Part shown: one piece after another, positions 48,408-59,092 of the stretch
How positions within the stretch are numbered: the first letter of the stretch is position 1
Layout: each line of letters opens with the position of its first letter
Assembly (NCBI GenBank): GCA_918797485.1
Contig: CAKKNE010000006.1
Span: 62,001 to 126,000, forward strand
Length of the DNA: 64,000 nt
Direction: 5' to 3'
Source of the DNA: Pelagomonas calceolata
Lineage: Eukaryota
The notes under the pieces: model-generated
Database searches by the model: none
What the model saw: the letters and a program-made list of their open reading frames with translations, nothing else
Told to the model about the DNA's origin: nothing
Position numbers and translations under genes: made by a program

Positions 48408-51386
48408 TTACCGCCCGGCGAGCAGCTGCGCCGCGACCCCCCCGAGCGTCGTCGCCGGCGCGACGCGCCGGAGCTCCTCCACGAGGGCTTCGTGGCCCTG
48501 GGAAGGGACCCACATCACCTCGATGAGACAACGCAGGAGCGCCTCCGCCTCCGGCGCGCCGCCCTGGAGGAGCGCCGTCGCCGCGCGCGGGAGATGGTCC
48601 GCGAGGACGGCTTGCACGGCCGGCGACCGGCGGCACGCGGGGAGCGTGTGGCGCACGAGCTGGGCGCAGGCCCGGGCCAGGTCCGCGCGCGCATCGTCGT
48701 CCAACCCGATCTGCGAGAAGGTCGCGAGCGCCTCGAGCGCGACGACGAAAAGCCCGCGTGGCGGCGCGGCGCAGGCGTCGGCGAACGGCACGAGCACGGC
48801 GCCGTCGCGCGCCACGAGCGCGTCGAGCACGGCCGGCATGCCGGCGATGAGGGCACTGTCGTTCCCGTCGACGCACCGCGCGACCGCTCGCCCCACATCC
48901 CCAAGAAAGGCCGCCGAGACGACGGCCCCTTTGAGCAGCGGCGAGGCCGCGGCGCGCGCCGCGAGGGGCAGGGCGTCCGCGGCGCAGGCCTTGACGCTCT
49001 GGACCGCGGCCGCCGCGACGCCCACGGCAAGCGCGCGCACGCACTTTTCCAAGTGCGAGTCGGCGCGCAGCTCGTGCGCGTCTCGCGAGGCCACGCGCTC
49101 CAGCGCCGCCACGAGGCCGCCGTCGCGCCCGTGCTCCGTCGCCGCGGCGGCGCCCGGCGCGAGCTGGCAGATGCGCGCGAGCGCCGCGGCGCATTTCGCC
49201 CGCGCGTGCGCCGAGAGGCCGCGGCCGCCGGCCAGGGCCCGCGCGAGCGCCGGCGCCAGACCCGAAGCTTCGGCGCACGCCAGGCCGCCGTCCGACGCGA
49301 GGACGGAGTTCGCAACATTTAAATGAGCGAGCTGCCAGCGCGCGTCGTCGGAGTGCCGCAGCGCGTCGGCGCAGGCCGCCGCGACGGCGGGCGCGCCGCC
49401 GAGGCCCGCGCAGGCCTGGCGCACGGCGGCCGGCGCCGCGAGCCCGAAGCGCCGCAGCGCCCTTAACAACTGCGCGAGGGCGCCGAGGGCCGCCCGCGCG
49501 AGCGGCGTCGGTTCATTTGAAACGCGCCGCGCGAGCGCCGCCGCGACGGCCTCGGGCCGCGCGAGGAAGGGCGCCGCGCGCTTCGCCGACGCCTGGGCGA
49601 GCACGTTCTCTAGCGTGCGGCAGGCGTAGGCCGCGAGCTCCGCGTGGTCGTGATTGATATGGTCGACGACGCAGCGCGCGTGCGCGGGGTCGACGCGCCA
49701 CGCGTCGCTCTGCTCCAAACTGTCCTCGTCGTCGTCGTCCTGCGTCGCGACGTAGAAGAGCAACTCACCTAAAGCCGCCAGGGCCAGGCACCGCGTCGCC
49801 GGGTCCGCGTCCGCGTCCGTCGCGACCCGCGCCAACGTCGGCGCGAGCGCCGCGTCGTCCGCGGCGTCCGGCACGACGTACGTCGCGTGCCGCACCAAGA
49901 GCCCGAGCAGGACGAGGAGCTGTCTTCGTAAAGACGCGTCGCCGTCGCGCCGCCGCGCGAGCTTCAACAGGAGCGTCACGAACGACGAGTTGACCACGAC
50001 GTTTGCGACGTGCGAGACCTCGCAGCGCGCCGCGAGGTAGGCCACGATGTTCCTTCGATGACTCGCATCATCATCATGCACGAGGGCCTTGTAGGCCAGC
50101 ACGAGGTGCTTCTCGAGGGCGTCGTGCTCGACCTCGGCCAGCCTTGTCTGGGACTCGGCCGCGAAGGGCAGGCTCGCTTCGTCGCAGACCTCGCGCTGCG
50201 CCGCGAGGGCGCTGCCGACGATGGGCTTGACCTGGCCGTCGGCGGGGCACTCTAGTAAATTGCCGTCTACCTCGGTCGAGGGCACGAGGCCGCTCTCGTA
50301 CCAGGCGCCCTTCTCCGTCGGCGGCGAGGCGGCCGTCGCGCCGTCGTCGCCTAAGGACATCTCCATCTGGTCCGCGGTGTCCTCGGTTTTTGTGCGGCGG
50401 CGGTCGCGGTACGTCCGCGAAACTCTGAGAGGATCGTCGGATTTGGTGGACGACCCCGTGGACTCGCGCGGGCGCTTCGCCGGCGTCTCGTCGTTCATCG
50501 GATGAGACGCTAGAGCTAAATCTCTAGCTAACGCATCAAACAAGGGCTGGGGCGGCAGCGGCCGGTCCGGCGGCCTCGGGACCACATCCCGGAAGTAGCC
50601 CGTTCGGACGTCGTCCCAGCTCGGCCTTTGTAAAGGCGCCTTGGCCAGGAAGAGCCTGACGGCGTCGGAGAACTTTTGTATTGTTGAAGACGGCTCCGGG
50701 TCACTTTCCGTCGCCAGGAAAATAGACTCGTCAAAGTCCGGCTCCGTGCTCGAGATCTTCCTTATTAAATCAGGCAAAGCAGCCGCCTCGAAGGGCGCGC
50801 GGCCCGACGCGAGTTCGTAGAGGACACATCCCAGGGACCACAAATCCGACTGGTACGAGTGGACGCCGTCCTTCACGAAGAGCTCGGGGGACATGTAGTA
50901 GGGCGTGCCTCTATTTTTGGGCGCTTTGGCCTTGTTCGTGGCCGTCGGGATTCGTCGAGCTAAGCCGAAGCCGGCCAACTTCAAAACGCCGTGGTCATCC
51001 ACCAACACATTGCTTGGTCGCAAATCACAGTATAACACGCCGTGGTGGTGCAGGTACTGCAGACCAGCTAACAGATCACCACCAAATAATGTCACCGCTG
51101 GAACAGGTAATTGTCTATCAACTCTCAACAGACTCTTCAAATCACCGCCCGAACAGTACTCCAGAATCAACCACAGGTTGTTCCGCGTCTCGTACCAATC
51201 AAAAAACTTCAAAGCGTGGGGATGTCTAAGGGCGTGCATCATCTGGACCTCGTTGACGACTTTACTCATCTGGTCCTTGGCGACGCGCTTGACCGCGACG
51301 TAGGTCACGGTCTTCTTCTGCCTTCCCTTGAAGACCTGGGAGTTCTTGCCGGCGCCGATCTCGTTGAAGATGTGGTACTTGTCCAT
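48408..51386 (-). CDS. ULK4: ULK4/RUNKEL-like (pseudo)kinase with HEAT/ARM-like C-terminus
   Basis: MDKYHIFNEIG...VFKGRQKKTVTYVAVK, WYETRNNLWLILEYC, YCDLRPSNVL, GFG in place of DFG, RGTPYYMSPE. Confidence 0.88.
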   Translation of the reverse strand: MDKYHIFNEIGAGKNSQVFKGRQKKTVTYVAVKRVAKDQMSKVVNEVQMMHALRHPHALKFFDWYETRNNLWLILEYCSGGDLKSLLRVDRQLPVPAVTLFGGDLLAGLQYLHHHGVLYCDLRPSNVLVDDHGVLKLAGFGLARRIPTATNKAKAPKNRGTPYYMSPELFVKDGVHSYQSDLWSLGCVLYELASGRAPFEAAALPDLIRKISSTEPDFDESIFLATESDPEPSSTIQKFSDAVRLFLAKAPLQRPSWDDVRTGYFRDVVPRPPDRPLPPQPLFDALARDLALASHPMNDETPAKRPRESTGSSTKSDDPLRVSRTYRDRRRTKTEDTADQMEMSLGDDGATAASPPTEKGAWYESGLVPSTEVDGNLLECPADGQVKPIVGSALAAQREVCDEASLPFAAESQTRLAEVEHDALEKHLVLAYKALVHDDDASHRRNIVAYLAARCEVSHVANVVVNSSFVTLLLKLARRRDGDASLRRQLLVLLGLLVRHATYVVPDAADDAALAPTLARVATDADADPATRCLALAALGELLFYVATQDDDDEDSLEQSDAWRVDPAHARCVVDHINHDHAELAAYACRTLENVLAQASAKRAAPFLARPEAVAAALARRVSNEPTPLARAALGALAQLLRALRRFGLAAPAAVRQACAGLGGAPAVAAACADALRHSDDARWQLAHLNVANSVLASDGGLACAEASGLAPALARALAGGRGLSAHARAKCAAALARICQLAPGAAAATEHGRDGGLVAALERVASRDAHELRADSHLEKCVRALAVGVAAAAVQSVKACAADALPLAARAAASPLLKGAVVSAAFLGDVGRAVARCVDGNDSALIAGMPAVLDALVARDGAVLVPFADACAAPPRGLFVVALEALATFSQIGLDDDARADLARACAQLVRHTLPACRRSPAVQAVLADHLPRAATALLQGGAPEAEALLRCLIEVMWVPSQGHEALVEELRRVAPATTLGGVAAQLLAGR

Positions 51387-51558
51387 GGTTTTTTGGTGCT
51401 GCTTGGTGCTGCTTTGTGGGCTGCCTCGCCGCACGGCTCCCGGTTGGCGGCGGCTGCCCCGCCGCGTGCGCTGCGCGGGCGAGGTGCTGCGCGCGCCCGT
51501 GCGTGCGTTGCGTGCGGTTTAGGCAGTGGTTCGGCGTCGCGCGCCTTTGAAAAATGCT

Positions 51559-51577
51559 GCTAGCGTAAGACACTAGC
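51559..51577 (-). promoter_or_regulatory. CTAG-bounded upstream motif (no spacer)
   Basis: GCTAGCGTAAGACACTAGC about 170 bp upstream of the ULK4 ATG. Confidence 0.7.
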
Positions 51578-51660
51578 GGCCGCGGAGGTTCAGGCGATGG
51601 TTCGGGCTGAGTAGCAAGCCATGGTGATGCATATTATAAGACTAGAAGCCCGCAGAGGAC

Positions 51661-53112
51661 TCAAAAATCCGGGAACCCGTTGTCGCGAGGCACGGGAACC
51701 GGTACAGGAGGCGCGGGCGGCGGCGCCGCGAAGTCGTCGCCCATGGCCGCCTCGGGCGTCGACGCGGCGACGAAGGCGACGGGCCCGGCGTCCGGCGGCG
51801 GCACGGCACCGTAGCGCCCGCCTCCTATTGCGCCGACGCCCGCGCGGTCGTTCTTCGGCTTGAGATTATCCCAGATGCGCGGCGACTCCGGCGGCGCCGA
51901 GGGGTCGGGCTTCGGCTTGCAGTAGAAGGTCCGCCGCCGGTCGTCGACAAACACGCCGAGGGCGCGCAGTTCGTCCCTCAATTCATCCGCTCGCCCGAAG
52001 TCGCGGCAGCGCTTCGCCCGGATCCGCGCGGCCAGAAGCGCGTCGATGGCCTGGATGTCGTCGCGGTCGCAGCCGTCCTCCTCCCTTTTATAGTCGTGCG
52101 CGTTCTCATCCTCGACTCGTTTTCGTGGCTCCCGTGCCGGTTTTGTCGAGAACCGGAACGTGCACGCGTCGTCGTCGAGCACCAACCTACACCCGCAGCG
52201 CGCCGCCACGGCGTCGAGCTCGTCGCGGATCGCTCTAGCCGACGACCAGTCGCGGTGGCGCACAGCGCGCTGCCTCGCTTGTAGTCTTTGTACTAATTGC
52301 TCGTAGTCGTGCGGCGCCAAGGCGATATTGCTATCGTCTTCCACGGACCTTGAATAAACCTTCTCGGGCTTCACGGTTCGGGGCGGCCGCACCTCATACG
52401 TCCGCGCGCGATCGTCCACAAAAACCCCGGCATCTCTCAATAATTGTTGCACGCGGTCCGCCGCATCATAATCCCGCTTCTTCTTCGCCATCATGCGCTG
52501 GAAGAGCAAATCATCCAACTGCGCCTGCTCCGGCGCGTTGACGACCACAGTACCATCATCTTCCCGTCGGTAGTCGTGCGTCGTCGGCTCTTCCCGCTTT
52601 TGTCGAGGCGGCCGAATTTCATACGTCCGCGCGCGGTCGTCCACGAACACGCCGGCTTCGCGCAGCATCTGTTGTACTTGATCGGCCGCGTCATAATCTC
52701 GCTTCTTCTTGGCCGTCATTCTTTGGAAGAGGAGGTCGTCGAGCTGCGCTTGATCCTCAACGGTCATCTGCACCGTACCGTCGTCCACCCTCTGATAATC
52801 GTGCGTCGTCGGCGCGCGCGGCAAGATTCTATAGGTGTTTTCAGTGTCATTAACAGCGACTCCGGCTTCCCGCAACTGCTTGCGCAGGTCGTCGGCGCGC
52901 TGGAAGGCGCGGTCTCGTCGACACAGCACCCTCTCAAAAATCAACGCGTGTAATGATAATGCGTCGGTCTCGTTGATAACAACGGAGCCGTCGTCCGCTC
53001 TCCGATAGCCGTGGGCTAGCTCGAGGGCCGCGGGGCCCTGCTGCGCGGTAGCGTTTAACGCTGCGGCGCGCATGGTCGCGGCGGCGTCTGGTTGCGGCGT
53101 GTCTTGCATCAT
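51661..53112 (-). CDS. Protein of five repeats resembling the CysRS C-terminal anticodon-binding helical module
   Basis: Five units like HDYxRxDDG...R..AKKKRDYDAAD.V...LR.AGVFVDD..RTY. Confidence 0.75.
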   Translation of the reverse strand: MMQDTPQPDAAATMRAAALNATAQQGPAALELAHGYRRADDGSVVINETDALSLHALIFERVLCRRDRAFQRADDLRKQLREAGVAVNDTENTYRILPRAPTTHDYQRVDDGTVQMTVEDQAQLDDLLFQRMTAKKKRDYDAADQVQQMLREAGVFVDDRARTYEIRPPRQKREEPTTHDYRREDDGTVVVNAPEQAQLDDLLFQRMMAKKKRDYDAADRVQQLLRDAGVFVDDRARTYEVRPPRTVKPEKVYSRSVEDDSNIALAPHDYEQLVQRLQARQRAVRHRDWSSARAIRDELDAVAARCGCRLVLDDDACTFRFSTKPAREPRKRVEDENAHDYKREEDGCDRDDIQAIDALLAARIRAKRCRDFGRADELRDELRALGVFVDDRRRTFYCKPKPDPSAPPESPRIWDNLKPKNDRAGVGAIGGGRYGAVPPPDAGPVAFVAASTPEAAMGDDFAAPPPAPPVPVPVPRDNGFPDF

Positions 53113-53328
53113 CTTTTATCGATGCGCAGCGCTGCGGCTGCGTCTTCGTGAGCAGGTACGCGCACAGCGCTGCGTCTTGGGCAGTCTGTGGGATTCGCTT
53201 CGTGGCAGGCGACAGTTTTGCAAAGCCGTTGCCGTCGAGGAATGTGATTAAGGAGATACCAGCTGCGTGCCGTAACACCCAGGGGAGGATGGCGCGAGTT
53301 TGCGTTTCGGCCTCGGCAAAGCTGAGAT

Positions 53329-53351
53329 GCTAGTGTCTTACCGCCGCTAGC
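53329..53351 (+). promoter_or_regulatory. CTAG-bounded upstream motif
   Basis: GCTAGTGTCTTACCGCCGCTAGC between divergent starts 53112- and 53586+. Confidence 0.7.
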
Positions 53352-53585
53352 CGAGCCAGATTGCGCGCCACGCGTGTGGGCCTTCGAGCAGGTGTGGAGA
53401 CGCGTCGAAGACGTCGTTGGCACGGGAGGAAGACTCGAGTCACAGCCAAGCTCGCCCTGGTCTCCCGCGATTGGCTCACCAAAACTGAGCTCACAAGTGC
53501 TCATACGCGCGTGACGGTCACTCATCGTCACCGCTCTCACCACTACTCGATCACTAGACCGCCGCCGCGCCGCCAGACGTCCAAG

Positions 53586-54343
53586 ATGGTGCAAACCAGA
53601 GTCCAGGGTCAATTCACAGATATGAAAACGCGGCGCGACGGCGACGCCGCGATCCTCCGCGAGCCGCCGGAAAACGCGCGCATCGATCGCGCGCGGCGAC
53701 GGGCGCCACCGGTCCGCGGCCGGGGCGCGCGCGGCGGCGACCCGATCGACCCGGGTCGCCGCGCCGCCGCCGCCGGGACGCCGCCGCCGCGAGATCAACG
53801 CTAAACAAAACGCAGGCCGACATGGCCGCCGCCCGCGCGAAGATGATCGCGCGCCGCTTCGGCGGCAAGGACGTTTCGAAGACCGGCGGCAAGGGCTCGA
53901 TGCGCCGCAAGAAGAAGACGGTCCACAAGACGGCTCAGAGTGATGATAAAAGGATTGGCGCGACGCTCAAGAAGTTGGGGGTCAGCGACATCCCGGGCAT
54001 CGAAGAGGTCAACGTGTTTAAGCGCGACGGTTCAGTGGTGCACTTCAAGCACAACGTCAAGTTGCAAGCCTCGACGGGCGCGAACACGTACGTCATCACG
54101 GGCAAGCACGACGAGAAGTCGATTCAGGACCTCATGCCCGGCATCCTGCCGCACTTGGGCCCCGAGCTCGCGCAGCAGTTGCAGGGCGGCATGGGCCTGG
54201 GCGGGGGCGGCGGCGGCATGAGCGCGCCGCCGCCGTCGGACGAGCTCGGCCTGCCGTCGGACTCGGACGATAGTGACGAGGGCTCGGACAGCGAGGACGA
54301 CGTGCCCGAGCTCGTCGAGAACTTCGACGAGGCCCAGAAGTAG
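53586..54343 (+). CDS. BTF3: NAC beta subunit (BTF3); probable ATG-only first coding exon and intron 53589-53815 (alternative start 53822)
   Basis: TGGKGSMRRKKKTVHK...DDKRI...LKKLGV..IPGIEEVN; ATG|GTGC...CGCAG|GCCGACATG is in frame. Confidence 0.9.
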
Positions 54344-54600
54344 GTTTGTGGGCGGGCGTAACTTCTCCTTCCTCTCTAGTCTTTCGACGGCGTGCGGGTA
54401 TGCGCGCTACGATGCGCGTCTGGTGTCTGGCCTGCTCCCCCCCGCCGTCGTCGCCTCCGAGCTAACACTCGGGGCGACGGCGTATGAGGGCCATTGAGGG
54501 CGTGCGGTCACGCAGGCCCCGCGTCGGCTCCGCGGCTAGGCGGCCTAGTTCTAAGCAAAGCAAGAAGCAAAAAAAAGTCTCAAACTTGAACAGGTTAGTA

Positions 54601-56454
54601 CTAAGAGGCGGCGGGCGCCGGCGCCGGCTCGGCCTCGACCGGCGCGGCGCCCGCGGGCGCCGGCGGCCCGCGAGCCTGGGCCTGGGCCGCGACCTGCGCA
54701 AAATAGGCCGCCATCATCTGCGCCGCCGCCGGGTTCACGGGCGGCGGCGCGCCGACAGGTAAAAGCGGCGCGGGCGCCGGCGGCGCGTAGGGCGACGAGT
54801 AGCCCGGCTGCCGCCCGAAGAGCTGCTGCTGTTGCAATAAAAGGAGCTGCTGCGGAGTTAATGACGGCGCCGGCGCGGCCGCCGGCCGTGCCGCCGCCGC
54901 CGCGGCCAGCAGCTGCGACCGCTGCTCGGGCGTGAGGTCCGCGCCGTTGTTTTCATGATTCTGGCGGTGACGCAATAAGGCGAGCTTGTAGGAGTAGTTC
55001 GCGACATACGGCATGCACTGCGCCAATAACTGCTGCTGGCGCTGCTTCGCCTGGAGCGCGGCCTGCGCATCCAAAGCGCCGGGCGCCTCGCCGGCCTTCT
55101 TGCGCGCTTTGGTGCGCTTTCGGGGAGGCGGCTTGTGCTTCGCGTCCTCCGCTTCCCGTTTTCTGGCGGTGGCGGCGGCCTGGGCAATAGCAGCGACGTC
55201 GAGCAACCCGTGGGCGTTCAACTGCTGCATCACGGCCATGCAGTCGAAGGCCAGTTCGATCCTATGTAATTTGGTAGAACCTTCGTCTTCGCGAAACCTC
55301 GCTTTCAACATGCCACTGACCGAGACTTCGGACGGGAAGCCCACCCTTCTGAGTCCCGACGTCTCGAAGCGCCACGCGCACATCAATAACGGTCCGGCGA
55401 CCAAGATCTCGCGCGCATTGCACGCGTAGACGACTTTTATGGACGAGAACGCATTCGCATTCAAATCCTCAGACACGCACGCGAGCTGCTCCTTCGCGGC
55501 GTGCACGACGGCTCGCGCCTTCGCCGTGTCGTCCGAACCTTCGAGAGCCTTTGACGCTTCGTCTTGCGCCTTCTGGACCCTTACTTGTCGCGCCTTCGCG
55601 TCCAATTGCTTCAGCCGCCAGCATCTTGCTCGGATCATCTCCGCCAGGGCGCCTATCGACTTCGTGTCGTCGAGCAACTGCTCCAATCCGGTAATACGCT
55701 GCGTGTTGGGCGTCACCGCAGTACCGAACGCCACTCTATAGGGTTCCCGCGGCAACAGTAGTTGGAAGTCGTCCGCGACGAGATCGCGCCACTTCTCCTC
55801 GTTCACCTCCGTCGCGGAGCGGTACTTGAGGAAGTTCAGAATGAGAGCTCGTCTCAGCGAAGCCTCATGGACATCAGTCGTGTCCAACTCGACTTTCCTC
55901 TTGGTGGAAGCCTTCTTCTTCGGCGGCAAATCTTCTTCATTTGTGGAGTCGCCGTGGTGCTGCTTGAGGAAGTCGACGTACATCTTCTTGCGCCGCTGCG
56001 CGGACTGCATGCCTTCCCGTCGTCGCGATAGAGCCTCCGCGGCTCGTAAGTCCTCTTCATCGATGTCGGGCGTCTTTTTGCGTCGACGACCTTTCCTGGC
56101 TTCGGCCGTCTGGCCTCGCGTCCGTCTCCGCTCGGCCTCGGCGCCGACGGGTCGCGTCCGTTTCCGTACGGTAGCCAGCACGTCCTCGAGCGACTTGCTC
56201 CCGCCCTCCTTCCACGTCCCCAAGGAAGCCTGGAACAGCCCGTCGGAATCTAGACCGGCACTCCCAATCCCGTCGAAGCTAAACCCGGGCACGTTCATCT
56301 GCGGCGGGCCGTCCTCGTTAAACTGGAAGTTCTCGACACTATCCATCATGAAGGGGTGGATGAGCTCATCAAACGAACCCGAGGCCATGCCGCGCGGCGC
56401 GTTTGACGGAGGGGCTGGTGCGGGCTTCGGTGCGGGCGCTGGTGCTTCGGCCAT
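54601..56454 (-). CDS. bZIP-basic-region-like protein with Gln/Pro-rich C-terminus (putative transcription factor)
   Basis: RRREGMQSAQRRKKMYVDFL basic segment; 617-codon ORF. Confidence 0.55.
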   Translation of the reverse strand: MAEAPAPAPKPAPAPPSNAPRGMASGSFDELIHPFMMDSVENFQFNEDGPPQMNVPGFSFDGIGSAGLDSDGLFQASLGTWKEGGSKSLEDVLATVRKRTRPVGAEAERRRTRGQTAEARKGRRRKKTPDIDEEDLRAAEALSRRREGMQSAQRRKKMYVDFLKQHHGDSTNEEDLPPKKKASTKRKVELDTTDVHEASLRRALILNFLKYRSATEVNEEKWRDLVADDFQLLLPREPYRVAFGTAVTPNTQRITGLEQLLDDTKSIGALAEMIRARCWRLKQLDAKARQVRVQKAQDEASKALEGSDDTAKARAVVHAAKEQLACVSEDLNANAFSSIKVVYACNAREILVAGPLLMCAWRFETSGLRRVGFPSEVSVSGMLKARFREDEGSTKLHRIELAFDCMAVMQQLNAHGLLDVAAIAQAAATARKREAEDAKHKPPPRKRTKARKKAGEAPGALDAQAALQAKQRQQQLLAQCMPYVANYSYKLALLRHRQNHENNGADLTPEQRSQLLAAAAAARPAAAPAPSLTPQQLLLLQQQQLFGRQPGYSSPYAPPAPAPLLPVGAPPPVNPAAAQMMAAYFAQVAAQAQARGPPAPAGAAPVEAEPAPAPAAS

Positions 56455-57566
56455 GGTTCTTTGATGATGTCAAGCAAGAGAATCCCCGGCCCACGGCACG
56501 AGGCCTCTATGATGGTTTTTGCCTTCCCCTGGCTGGGGGGGCTGCCCTTGGCTTTTTTGCGGGCGCGGGGCCGCTCGGTGTGGCGGCTACCGCTTCTGTG
56601 CGTTCGTAGTGATGTGTCGCGCCGCGCTGCGTCGTGTGCGCGCGTCTCGCGCGTGCTTTTATTGGCGTCTCTGTTGCGCTCGCGGCCCATGGGCCCAGCT
56701 CTCAATTATTGTGCGCGGGCTCCGCGCGGAGGGCTGGTTGGGCGTCGCCGGAGACGTGTCTTACGGTCCGTCGTCGGCGATTGGGACGTGTGGGGGCGCG
56801 ATGGTGGCGTTTTGGGGCCAAAATGTCACAAAAGGGCAATTTTTTGTTCGCGCTCGCAGGATGACGTCTCTGGGCACGCGGAGGGCTCTCTTTTGGCCGA
56901 GGGATCAGAAAAAAAAGGTGCCGCTCGTAGTAGGGGGGTTAATCGCGAGCTGGACTGAGCTCATTCAAGGCTGTAATTGCGACAGGATGAGGGGTGCTGG
57001 AGCAGCGTCTGATGCCGATTGGGGACCACCTTCGATGGCTTGCTCGCGCTGGCAAGCGAGAGCCCGCAAAAAACGGCGGCCTGAAGCGATATCTAAGCAT
57101 AGCTGCTCTATCACGCGAAGCCGTCAGCCGTCGGCGGAGCGCGAGAACGGCCGCCCTGGGCCGCGCACGTGCTGGCGGCTGGCTGCGCGGCGCAGCAGCC
57201 GAGAAGTGTGCGGCTGGAAGCTCGCAGAGGCCCGAAAGCATTCGGCCTCGGCGCTCGCGCCGCACGCCTCTCTTGCTCGCTGCCCGCCGCCGTCCCGCCC
57301 GCGGCCGCGCGCGCTCCGGCGGCTGACGGCGGCGGCATGGCAGCGTGAGCGATGCGCCGGGTGCTCGATGGCTCGAAATCACTCGGCCCTCGGCGCTCGG
57401 CCGCTCGCAACACTCTTGCTCTGCTCGCTCGCCGCACGCCGTCGGGCCGCCGGCCGGCCGCCGCGGACGCCGCGCACGCGCGCAACGCGCACACACATCC
57501 GCGCGAGAGAGAGAGAGTCCGCGCGCGAAACGCTCACAAAAAACGAACGCAGTGCTTCTCGCCCTG

Positions 57567-58109
57567 ATGCTCGCGCCCCTGGCGGCGGCGCTCCAGCCGA
57601 CGCTGCCGACGAGCACGCGCGCCGCGCGGCCGTCGACGGCGCTCCAGATGGTCTACGGCAAGACGCGCGCGTCTTCACGAAAGTTCGTGCCGGCGGTCTC
57701 GCAGAGCGAGCTGAGCCCCGGCAAGGCCGTGAGCGGCATCTGCGCGGGCCTCGACATCTGCGTCGCCGTCGACACGGACGGCTCCGTCTACGCCCTCGGC
57801 AACAAATCGCCGGTCCTCGGCACGCCCATGGCCGCGGGCCGCGTCGCCGGCGGCGAGATCAAGGACCCCCTCACGGGCACGTCTTTCTCGGTGAAGAGCG
57901 GCCAGGTCGTCGGGCCCTGGTGCCCGAACTTCCCGTTCAACTTCCTCTTTTCGGTCATCGAGCCCCAGGGCCTGCCCGTGTTCAAGTGCAAGACGGGCGG
58001 CGGCGCCGTCCAGGTCGAGGTCGACGTCAACGCCAAGACCAACTTCGAGTCGGGCTACTGGAAGGGTATTCTGGATGCCCAGGGCAAGACCGACGGCGGC
58101 TACTACTGA
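57567..58109 (+). CDS. Plastid-type Rieske-fold protein lacking Fe-S ligands (true start may lie upstream)
   Basis: Signal/transit-like leader; VYALGNKSPVLG.P...G...IKDPLTGTSFSVKSG follows the Rieske ferredoxin spacing. Confidence 0.7.
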   Translation: MLAPLAAALQPTLPTSTRAARPSTALQMVYGKTRASSRKFVPAVSQSELSPGKAVSGICAGLDICVAVDTDGSVYALGNKSPVLGTPMAAGRVAGGEIKDPLTGTSFSVKSGQVVGPWCPNFPFNFLFSVIEPQGLPVFKCKTGGGAVQVEVDVNAKTNFESGYWKGILDAQGKTDGGYY

Positions 58110-58401
58110 GCGCTTGGTTGCGAAGTTGTTTCCGTTTGTCCGTTTGGGCGTGGTGACGCGGTTTATACGGGGCGCGTGTCCGCGTAAAGGTGCCTATCTC
58201 TACTTAGTGCGTGTTTTTTGTTGCGGCGCCAGGACTCATGGGCGAGCCTAGCTTTCTTCCCCGCGGCCAGCAACCATGCATCGTCTACCGAGCGAATCGC
58301 GGCGCAGGCTTCAGGCCCCGGGAACCAATACTTGCTAAAGAAAGGATTTACTAGACCTGATAGTCCGGGTCGATGACGGCGATGGCGGCGGGCGGTGAGA
58401 A

Positions 58402-58884
58402 TCATACTCTCTCCTGCATCCTCTTCATTTCTGTGTGCTTCCTCATGGCCGGGCTCCTCATTTCTGCGGCAACAAAATTTTCTTCGGCCTTCTCTGCGTC
58501 TTCCCCCGCACCGAACAGGATCGCGCCCATGACCAAGGCGCCGAAACAGAGGATCGCCGTCGCGTTGACCTTTTGCCACGTCGCGAGCACCTTGCACCCG
58601 CCGGCGCCGACCCGGTCGCTCTTCTTGCCATACGCCAGATCTACGCCCCATAGATGGACGCCAAACTCGAAGAACTGGTCCAGTTTAATGAGGACCTTAC
58701 ACAGTTTTAGCGCTGGTTTGCTTTCCTTTCTGGCAGCTATGACGACGCCGACTTGGCAAATTAGGCCAAACACAATCCCGCCCAACATAAGAGCATACCA
58801 CAACCGGAGATCCTTGTCGCAGTTTTCCGCCATGTCGTAGCCGGCCCAGAGCCCGAACCAAACCGCACCCATTACCAATTCCAT
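58402..58884 (-). CDS. Small multi-pass membrane protein
   Basis: About four hydrophobic segments; CDKDLRLW motif. Confidence 0.6.
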   Translation of the reverse strand: MELVMGAVWFGLWAGYDMAENCDKDLRLWYALMLGGIVFGLICQVGVVIAARKESKPALKLCKVLIKLDQFFEFGVHLWGVDLAYGKKSDRVGAGGCKVLATWQKVNATAILCFGALVMGAILFGAGEDAEKAEENFVAAEMRSPAMRKHTEMKRMQERV

Positions 58885-59092
58885 GATTAGAGTACACTGC
58901 GCAACAGCCACAGGCGACGGCTCCTCGGCGTTCCTACCCAACCTCTCTGAGCCCTGGCGGACGAGGAAGCGCGACGACATCTTGGTTGGGGCTGTTGCGA
59001 TTGGGATCGAGCTGTATCGGGGGCTGGGGCAGCGTATAGGCAGCGTGAGATCCCAAACAACAGTGAGATCCGCGCAAAATTAATCCTGCCGG

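Noticed and set aside
56519..57560. 545-aa ORF 56519..58156
   Set aside because: Non-ATG start, no codon bias, and it overlaps the Rieske-like gene in another frame.
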